A stretch of DNA of 64,000 bases from Gemmatimonadaceae bacterium. GTDB taxonomy: Bacteria; Gemmatimonadota; Gemmatimonadetes; Gemmatimonadales; Gemmatimonadaceae. The stretch is taken from positions 904,422-968,421 of the forward strand of contig JBHYGA010000005.1 in NCBI GenBank assembly GCA_051859245.1. The letters are read 5' to 3'. The notes under the pieces were generated by a model, which was not told the origin of the DNA, searched no databases, and was given only the letters and a program-made list of their open reading frames with translations. Below, piece by piece: positions 56,885 to 64,000 of this stretch. A program made the position numbers and the translations under genes. Position 1 is the stretch's first letter. The number at the start of each line of letters is the position of its first letter.

Positions 56885-58881
56885 AGCGTTGTCTCGCGGG
56901 CTTCCTGTGCTTGCTCTCAGCGTGCGCCAGCCAAACCGGCTCGCGCCTTTCGCCCATACGCGACGCAAGTGCGTTGGCACTCGACGCACGATTGCTGGCC
57001 ATGGCCGACACACGCGTTGCCGACACCGCGCTGCTCGATTCGTTGCTACAAAACACCCGGATTGATTCGCGAGCGCACGCGTATCGTGCGCGCGCTGCGT
57101 TGCTGGTTGGTCAGCTGCAGCTGCGTGCGCGATATGCGTCGGCGCGCGCGTTGCTTGTACATGCGGACACGTCGGTTGCGGCAACAGCGGCGTTCGCACT
57201 CGGATTGGTGCGTGACACAACATCACTCGTCGCGCTTTCACGCGCCGTGGTGGGTGCACCCGATGCCGTCGCGGCGGAAGCGGCGTGGTCGCTCGGTCGC
57301 ATCGGCGAACCCGCACGCGAGGTGCTGGTGAGCGCGCTACACGACGCATTGCCGCACCGTGGCGCCGATGCGCGCGCGGCGCTGTTGCTGGCCGCGTCTA
57401 CGTTGCGTCCCGTGCCAACACCGCAGGTCACGCCGTATCTTCGCGATGCTGACGCGAATGTTGCGTTCGCCGCAGCGTACGCGATTGCGCGTGCACGTGC
57501 CGCCGACGGTGTGCGGGCGTTGCTCGCCGAAGCGACGCATGCCGACGCGATGGTGCGTGTGCAAGTGGCACTCGCCGCGGCGTACAACGCAAGCGGTGAC
57601 AGTCTCGCGGATCCCGCGGTGGCGGTGCTGCGAACCCTGCTGCGCGACGGCGACGCGCGTGTACGCGTGCAAGCCACACGATCGATTGCCACACATCGCG
57701 CGCTTCGTGATGCGCGTGATCTGGTGTTTGCCCGTTTGCGCGATTCCGCGGCGTCCGTGCGCGTGACGGCCGCGGAATCACTCGCACCACTCGTGGCCGC
57801 CGATACGGCACTGTGGCGAACCGCATATGCCGTGGACACCACGTTTGCCACGCGGCGCACACTGCTCGATGCCGCGGTTCGTAACGGCGCGTTGCTCGAT
57901 GTGCTGCGCGAGTGGCGAACGCACACAGATCCGTGGGCGCGTGTTGCGTCACTCGAGTTCTCGGCCAATGTGGGTGGCGCCGAGCCGCCCCTCGCAAGAT
58001 TGTCGTGGGCGCGACGCGATACGGCGGAGCGCGTGCGCTCGGCCGCCATCGCGGCACTCGGACCCATGCTCGATTCCGCGGGGGTGCGGGACACCGTGCG
58101 AGCCTACCTCGGCGACCGGTCGCCCGCAGTGCGCGCCGCTGCACTGGGCGCACTCGCCGCTCGCGCGTCAGCCGACGATCTGCCGCTTGCCATGGTCCGA
58201 TACGCCGCCGACACCGCACCGAACGCGCATGCGGTGCGCAGCGCCGCGCTACGATTGATTGCGGCCGCGTGGCGTCGTGACAGCGCCCGCATTGACGCCG
58301 GAGGACGGGCGCAGTTGTCGCGCCTTCGTCCGCCACAGGACCCACTGGTTCGCCGGAGTGTAACTCAGGTGACGCCGCTGGCGGCGTGGCGTGAGCGGTC
58401 GGCGGAACCGGACATGAGTCGGTATACGGCCATCGCTCGTGAGTGGGTGCACGGTCCAAGCGTGCGCACCGCCACCATGCGTACCGAGCGCGGCACCATC
58501 ACCATCGAACTCCTGGCCCCCGACGCTCCCATGACGGTGCACAACTTTGCCACGCTCGCGCGATCGCAGTACTACAGCGGCACGCGATTCCACCGTGTGA
58601 TCGCGAACTTTGTAGCTCAGGACGGCGATCCTACTGGCACCGGAAGTGGTGGGCCCGGTACGAGCATTCGTGATGAGCTCAATCGCCATCGCTATGCGCG
58701 GGGAGCCGTGGGCATGGCGCTCTCGGGACCGGATACCGGCGGCAGTCAGTACTACCTCACGCTCACCCCGCAGCCGCATCTCGACGGCGGCTACACCGTG
58801 TTTGGTCGCGTGGTTCAGGGGCTCGACGTGATGGACGCGTTGCTGTACGGTGACCGAATTCTATCCGTGAGCATTCAGTGA
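56881..58881 (+). CDS. lipoprotein with HEAT repeats and a C-terminal cyclophilin-type peptidyl-prolyl isomerase
   Basis: Lipobox LSAC; HEAT repeats (D..VR..A..ALG); FHRVIANFVAQDGDP, GMALSGPDTGGSQ and HLDGGYTVFG motifs. Confidence 0.9.
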   Translation: MKRCLAGFLCLLSACASQTGSRLSPIRDASALALDARLLAMADTRVADTALLDSLLQNTRIDSRAHAYRARAALLVGQLQLRARYASARALLVHADTSVAATAAFALGLVRDTTSLVALSRAVVGAPDAVAAEAAWSLGRIGEPAREVLVSALHDALPHRGADARAALLLAASTLRPVPTPQVTPYLRDADANVAFAAAYAIARARAADGVRALLAEATHADAMVRVQVALAAAYNASGDSLADPAVAVLRTLLRDGDARVRVQATRSIATHRALRDARDLVFARLRDSAASVRVTAAESLAPLVAADTALWRTAYAVDTTFATRRTLLDAAVRNGALLDVLREWRTHTDPWARVASLEFSANVGGAEPPLARLSWARRDTAERVRSAAIAALGPMLDSAGVRDTVRAYLGDRSPAVRAAALGALAARASADDLPLAMVRYAADTAPNAHAVRSAALRLIAAAWRRDSARIDAGGRAQLSRLRPPQDPLVRRSVTQVTPLAAWRERSAEPDMSRYTAIAREWVHGPSVRTATMRTERGTITIELLAPDAPMTVHNFATLARSQYYSGTRFHRVIANFVAQDGDPTGTGSGGPGTSIRDELNRHRYARGAVGMALSGPDTGGSQYYLTLTPQPHLDGGYTVFGRVVQGLDVMDALLYGDRILSVSIQ

Positions 58882-59561
58882 TGCGTCGCACGGCGCGCAA
58901 TGCGCGGCGGGTCGTTGCATTCGTGGCCATGGTTGCGGGCGCGTCGGCGTGTGCTCCGAAAGCGAGGCCATTGCTTGGCGTGGAAGCGCGCGTGCCGGTG
59001 CCGGTCGCGGAGCTTCCCACCACGCCGCAAATGCTGCGATTTACCTGGACATACGCCGACGAAACCTTCGACGTCAAAGGCGATGGCGTGGTGCGCACCG
59101 GCCCGCCAGACCGGGCGCGCCTTGATCTGTTCATCGCCAACGGGTACGGCAATGGCCTGGCCATTCTCGAGGGCGACACGTTGTTCGTGCCCGGCATCGA
59201 CCTGATTCGACGCTTCCTCCCACCGCCGCCGCTACTGTGGGGCACCCTCGGCAAGCTGGCGTTGCCGGCGGGGCGTGATACCGTCGTGCGCATCGACGGG
59301 GACACCTTGCGAGCCGATATCTCCGGCACCGACACCGATCAGCGCACCTGGCGCATACATTACGCGAATGCCCGTCTTGTGCGGCTTGAGCGCATTGAGG
59401 GCGGCCGCGTGATTGAATGGATGGAACGTGTGCCCATTGCCGACGGCACACTGCGCTTGAAGTACGTGCACAATACCGGTCGCCGTTCGCTGCAGCTGTC
59501 CGTGACCGAAACGCTGAATATTGAGGAAGGGTTTGACAATGCCATCTGGCGACGACCGTAG
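58881..59561 (+). CDS. hypothetical lipoprotein (beta-rich, possibly LolA/LolB-like fold)
   Basis: Lipobox ASAC; alternating beta-strand pattern; PPDRARLDLF. Confidence 0.6.
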   Translation: MRRTARNARRVVAFVAMVAGASACAPKARPLLGVEARVPVPVAELPTTPQMLRFTWTYADETFDVKGDGVVRTGPPDRARLDLFIANGYGNGLAILEGDTLFVPGIDLIRRFLPPPPLLWGTLGKLALPAGRDTVVRIDGDTLRADISGTDTDQRTWRIHYANARLVRLERIEGGRVIEWMERVPIADGTLRLKYVHNTGRRSLQLSVTETLNIEEGFDNAIWRRP

Positions 59562-60066
59562 CGTTGTGCTTCGTGGTCGGCTGCGTGCGCTTGCCGCGCT
59601 GCCGCTGGTCGCGCTGTCGGGATGTCTGTACGGCTTCAGCGGCGGCGGCCTCCCCAAGGAGTTGCGCACGGTCGCGGTCATGCCGTTCGAGAATCTGACG
59701 CCGGTGCCCGAAGTGCAGCGCGAGTTGCTTGAAGCCATGCGCAAGGCCATGACCGATCGGCTGAATCTGCGTGATGGTCCCGTTGAGCGGGCGGATGTGC
59801 TTGTCACCGGCACGATCAAGGAGTACGAGGTCGACTTGCCAGTGGGCGTCACCGCAGATCCCCGTCAAGCCACCTCAGCGCGTCGGAAACTGCAGCTCGT
59901 GGTGGACTTTCAGATTGTGAATCAGCGCACGGGTGAAATCATTAAGGACGCGCAGGGCAGTCGGCGTGAATCGCAGTACGCCGAAGGTGGCGAAGCGAAA
60001 GGGCGAAAGGACGCGATTGATCAGCTGATCAACACCGTGATCGACGACATGTTGTCGCAGTGGTAA
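59539..60066 (+). CDS. lptE: LPS assembly lipoprotein LptE family
   Basis: Lipobox [24 protein letters not shown] and [11 protein letters not shown] motifs. Confidence 0.75.
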   Translation: MPSGDDRSVVLRGRLRALAALPLVALSGCLYGFSGGGLPKELRTVAVMPFENLTPVPEVQRELLEAMRKAMTDRLNLRDGPVERADVLVTGTIKEYEVDLPVGVTADPRQATSARRKLQLVVDFQIVNQRTGEIIKDAQGSRRESQYAEGGEAKGRKDAIDQLINTVIDDMLSQW

Positions 60067-60070
60067 TTGG

Positions 60071-60574
60071 GTGTCGTCACTGACTGCGGTGGGCGTGCGT
60101 CATCCGGCGCACAAGATCATGGACTGGGCGAGCGCGGCGCAGTGGCGCGCGCGTGTGGCCGGACCGCTGGTATTTACCAACGGCGTGTTTGACCTCCTGC
60201 ATCCCGGACACGTTGATGTTTTGCTCGGTGCGCGCGCTGAGGGCGCGGCACTGGTGGTCGGGCTCAACAGCGACGCGTCGGTGCAACGACTCAAAGGCCC
60301 GTCGCGTCCGGTCCGATCCGAAGCAGAACGCGCGTATGTGCTGGCGGCGTTCGAAATGGTCGACGCCGTCGTGGTCTTCCACGAAGACACGCCGTTCGAG
60401 CTCGTGCACCAACTGCAACCCGATGTGATTGTCAAAGGCGGTGACTATTCGCCTGAGACCATCGTGGGTGCGGATGTTGTGCGCGCGCGTGGCGGTCGCG
60501 TGGTGGTCATTCCGCTCGTGCCGGATCAGTCAACAACGAGTATCATTGCCAGACTGCAGCGCGATACGGCGTGA
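60071..60574 (+). CDS. rfaE2: D-glycero-beta-D-manno-heptose 1-phosphate adenylyltransferase
   Basis: [26 protein letters not shown] and STT motifs. Confidence 0.93.
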   Translation: MSSLTAVGVRHPAHKIMDWASAAQWRARVAGPLVFTNGVFDLLHPGHVDVLLGARAEGAALVVGLNSDASVQRLKGPSRPVRSEAERAYVLAAFEMVDAVVVFHEDTPFELVHQLQPDVIVKGGDYSPETIVGADVVRARGGRVVVIPLVPDQSTTSIIARLQRDTA

Positions 60575-60629
60575 TCGGCATCGGTCACGTGTGTGCGCAT
60601 CGCTGACCCTACTTCCCGGATTGTGAACT

Positions 60630-61376
60630 GTGAGTGAACTCCCGACCAAGCTGGTGCGTGCGTCCGACGTGATGCGTCCGGTCACCATAGAGCGAGGCAC
60701 GGCGCCGTATGCCGAAGGATCGTGCCTCGTGTCGTTTGGTGACACGCGTGTATTGTGTGCCGCCAGTGTCGAGGACAGCGTGCCGGGTTGGCGTCGCGGC
60801 AGCGGTTTGGGTTGGCTCACGGCCGAGTACGCGATGTTGCCGCGCGCCACACGCACGCGTACGTCGCGTGAGCGCAGTCAGCTGGGGGGGCGCACGCAGG
60901 AAATTCAGCGATTGATCGGTCGCAGTGTGCGCGCCATGCTCGATGATTTTGCGTTCGGTGAGTTTACCGTGCGCATCGACTGCGATGTGTTGCAGGCCGA
61001 CGGTGGTACACGTACCGCCGCGATTACGGGCGCGGCGGTAGCGGTGATCGATGCCTTCGACTGGCTGGTGAGCAGCGGTCGTGCCTCGGTGTCGCCAATC
61101 AAGCGTCGCGTGGCGGCGGTGTCGGTTGGTGTGGTCAAAGGTCAACCACAACTTGATCTCGACTACGATCAGGATGTTGGTGCGGATGTTGACATGAATG
61201 TGGTGATGAGTACCGAGGGTCGATTTGTTGAAGTGCAGGGCACGGGCGAGAACGGCACGTTCGATCGTCGTGAGCTCGACACGTTGCTCGATCTGGCGGT
61301 GCGCGGTATTGCTTCGTTGCATGACGCGCAAGCGGCGGCGCTGGCCTTGCCGCTCAGCGCGTCTTCAACACGGTGA
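60630..61376 (+). CDS. rph: ribonuclease PH
   Basis: [43 protein letters not shown] and DMNVV motifs. Confidence 0.98.
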   Translation: MSELPTKLVRASDVMRPVTIERGTAPYAEGSCLVSFGDTRVLCAASVEDSVPGWRRGSGLGWLTAEYAMLPRATRTRTSRERSQLGGRTQEIQRLIGRSVRAMLDDFAFGEFTVRIDCDVLQADGGTRTAAITGAAVAVIDAFDWLVSSGRASVSPIKRRVAAVSVGVVKGQPQLDLDYDQDVGADVDMNVVMSTEGRFVEVQGTGENGTFDRRELDTLLDLAVRGIASLHDAQAAALALPLSASSTR

Positions 61377-62014
61377 GCCGCGACAGCGCCATTGCGGCAT
61401 CGCACGAGTTAGTCCTTGCCACGCGGAACGCGGGCAAGGTGCGCGAGTTGGAGCCGCTTGTACGCGAGTTCGGCTTGCACGCCATGTCGCTTGATGATGC
61501 CGGCGTGTCTGTGCACGCCGACGAAGACACACTCGAAGTGTTTGATACCTTCCGCGAGAACGCGCTGGCCAAGGCGCAGTACTACTTCGCGCGCAGTGGC
61601 GGCCGCGCCGTGCTTGCGGAAGACAGCGGACTCTGTGTTGATGCGCTTGGCGGTGCGCCGGGCGTGCACAGCAAACGATGGAGCGCGTCCACTCGGCCGG
61701 ACGGCGTGCCTCTCGACACGCACAACGTGTCGCACCTCGTGCACGTGATGCGCGAACAGGCGCATCGATCGGCGCGATTTGTTTGCGTGGCGGCGCTCGT
61801 CTGGCCGAGCGGTACGCTGGTCGGCGAGGGGAACACTGAGGGCGAGATCCTGCGCGTGCCGTCAGGCGCCAGTGGTTTTGGATACGATCCGGTGTTCTGG
61901 TCGACTGAACTGCAGGCCGGCTTTGGTGAGGTGTCGCGCGAGGAGAAGCAGCGCGTGAGTCATCGCGCGCGCGCGGTGCGTGCAGTGTTGCGCGCGTTTT
62001 TCGATCGTGCGTGA
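61373..62014 (+). CDS. rdgB: non-canonical purine NTP pyrophosphatase (RdgB/HAM1)
   Basis: [30 protein letters not shown] and SHR motifs. Confidence 0.95.
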   Translation: MSRDSAIAASHELVLATRNAGKVRELEPLVREFGLHAMSLDDAGVSVHADEDTLEVFDTFRENALAKAQYYFARSGGRAVLAEDSGLCVDALGGAPGVHSKRWSASTRPDGVPLDTHNVSHLVHVMREQAHRSARFVCVAALVWPSGTLVGEGNTEGEILRVPSGASGFGYDPVFWSTELQAGFGEVSREEKQRVSHRARAVRAVLRAFFDRA

Positions 62015-62034
62015 AGGTTCGTGTGACGCAGCAG

Positions 62035-62063
62035 TTGACCGGGCGCGTAGTCCGGTGTAATGT
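62035..62063 (+). promoter_or_regulatory. promoter of the tRNA cluster
   Basis: TTGACC, 17-nt spacer, TAATGT. Confidence 0.65.
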
Positions 62064-62075
62064 CCCAGACCGCTG

Positions 62076-62149
62076 CGGGGCGTAGCGTAGCCCGGTATCG
62101 CGCCTGCTTTGGGAGCAGGAGGTCGCCGGTTCGAATCCGGCCGCCCCGA
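62076..62149 (+). tRNA. tRNA-Pro(TGG)
   Basis: Acceptor stem CGGGGCG/CGCCCCG; anticodon arm CCTGC-TTTGGGA-GCAGG; T-loop GTTCGAATC; CCA not encoded. Confidence 0.97.
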
Positions 62150-62203
62150 TTGAGTATGCAGGTGTGGCAGCAGGGTTCGAGCAGGCCGTCTGGCGAGCAC
62201 GGA

Positions 62204-62277
62204 GCGCCAGTAGCTCAGGTGGATAGAGCGGCAGCCTTCTAAGCTGCGGGTCGGGGGTTCGAGTCCCTCCTGGCGCG
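62204..62277 (+). tRNA. tRNA-Arg(TCT)
   Basis: Acceptor stem GCGCCAG/CTGGCGC; anticodon arm GCAGC-CTTCTAA-GCTGC; GTTCGAGTC. Confidence 0.97.
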
Positions 62278-62318
62278 TTAGAGAGGCAGGATGTAGTGGC
62301 AGGACATGCAGGATGTCG

Positions 62319-62391
62319 GCGCCCTTAGCTCAATCGGTAGAGCAGCTGACTCTTAATCAGTAGGTTCTAGGTTCGAGTCCTAGAGGGCGCA
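62319..62391 (+). tRNA. tRNA-Lys(CTT)
   Basis: Acceptor stem GCGCCCT/AGGGCGC; anticodon arm GCTGA-CTCTTAA-TCAGT; GTTCGAGTC. Confidence 0.97.
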
Positions 62392-62484
62392 TTGTAGCAG
62401 AGGTCTGGTGGTGGCAGGTTCACCAGGCGAATGGAAGATCTGACTGGTGGTGGCAGCATCATCAGGCGCAGGGAAGGGAGCAGG

Positions 62485-62516
62485 AAGCCCCGACCGCAGT
62501 GGCTCGGGGCTTTTTT
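62485..62516 (+). terminator. intrinsic terminator of the tRNA operon
   Basis: AAGCCCCGA-loop-TCGGGGC followed by TTTTTT. Confidence 0.88.
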
Positions 62517-62794
62517 GCACCAGCGGTACGGCTCAGCTCGCCAGGACGGGAGCGGGTTTGGTGAGGTGTGACGGACTCGTGGCATGGAAATGCGGACGAG
62601 GGGTTGCGCGGAGCTGAACGGGTCGTGTATGTTGAGAGGCTCGGGGGTGATTGTATCGCTCTTGAGGATGAACGGCTCGTTGCTCTTTGGAGCAGTGACG
62701 CGTTTATGAGGGACGCACAGCGCGAAGGCGGTATGGTTAAGCGGGTGCGTGTGGTCGCAGAAGGTACGGAACGGTGGCGCAGTCAAACTGACTC

Positions 62795-62823
62795 TTGCGA
62801 AACTTGACCGGATGTTATACCTT
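62795..62823 (+). promoter_or_regulatory. candidate rRNA promoter P1
   Basis: TTGCGA, 17-nt spacer, TACCTT. Confidence 0.45.
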
Positions 62824-62952
62824 CGCTTCCCCTCTCTGTCCGGCGAGTGGCCACGCGACGACGATCGCGAACAGGCGCACATCGTGTGGGCGGTCAGCCA
62901 AAATGCTTGTCACGATCGCACAGCGAATCGAAAACAAGTTGGTCTGACCCCC

Positions 62953-62981
62953 TTGACGGAAAGAGATCGGAAGGTTAACAT
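62953..62981 (+). promoter_or_regulatory. candidate rRNA promoter P2
   Basis: TTGACG, 17-nt spacer, TAACAT; A-rich sequence upstream. Confidence 0.6.
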
Positions 62982-63053
62982 TGTGATCTGCCGCTGAAAA
63001 CGCGGCGCAAAAATAAAAGGTTGATCGCGCGGCACTGACTGCGCTGATTCATA

Positions 63054-63066
63054 CGCTGATTGACAA
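63054..63066 (+). promoter_or_regulatory. boxA-like antitermination element in the rRNA leader
   Basis: CGCTGATTGACAA resembles boxA and sits at the expected position in the leader. Confidence 0.45.
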
Positions 63067-63219
63067 TCGAAGTCGAGATCATTGGATGTGCGGGGCGGAC
63101 TCATTGATCCGCGGATTCATCATCCGCGAGAAGAGTTCAACCTGATGATTCCGGTGAGTTGGTAGATATCTTCGGATGTCTGCTGACATGCCAGATTAAG
63201 TGATAGAGCTAGCAAACAC

Positions 63220-64000
<781 letters not shown>

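Noticed and set aside
62171..62200. GGTTCGAG in the Pro-Arg spacer as an extra tRNA
   Set aside because: The spacer is only 54 nt and no cloverleaf can be formed.
62076..62800. tRNA cluster as an integration site for a prophage or island
   Set aside because: No integrase, and I saw no duplicated tRNA 3' end in the window.

Overview
GC-rich bacterial chromosome segment. The partial 16S rRNA gene (V1 region GTCACGGGGGCCCGCAAGGGTAACCGGCGAACGGG) and the gene content suggest Gemmatimonadota/Gemmatimonadaceae; this is recognition by eye, not a database result. Most of the window is core housekeeping: bshA-like GT4 (partial), uppP, birA, coaX, CIRCE-controlled groES/groEL, serS, pcrA/uvrD, gatCAB, murA, the rimP-nusA-L7Ae-infB-rbfA-truB-ribF operon, secDF, tatD, ridA, murI, lpxH-like, lptE-like, rfaE2, rph, rdgB, three tRNAs and the 5' part of an rRNA operon. 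An accessory-looking block at about 20.5-38.7 kb carries a Ser/Thr kinase-TPR receptor, a kinase-associated-type ECF sigma factor, a globin, a PAS hybrid kinase, a YeeE/YedE pair, transporters and lipoproteins. I found no CRISPR array, integrase or transposase. Most notable observations: (1) the Bacteroidota O-glycosylation sequon D-[S/T]-[A/I/L/V/M/T] is strongly enriched in exported domains and scarce in cytoplasmic ones, hinting at a general protein O-glycosylation system in this lineage; (2) a beta-carbonic anhydrase next to a SulP transporter has lost its first Zn-ligand Cys (GGHDSR); (3) MurA has the fosfomycin-resistant Cys->Asp substitution; (4) tatD appears to need a non-canonical CTG start overlapping the secF stop; (5) the ECF sigma has a Thr-rich deviant DAED motif and lies about 4 kb from a Ser/Thr kinase; (6) a possible CxxC/xPPP leader peptide precedes two amino-acid transporters.
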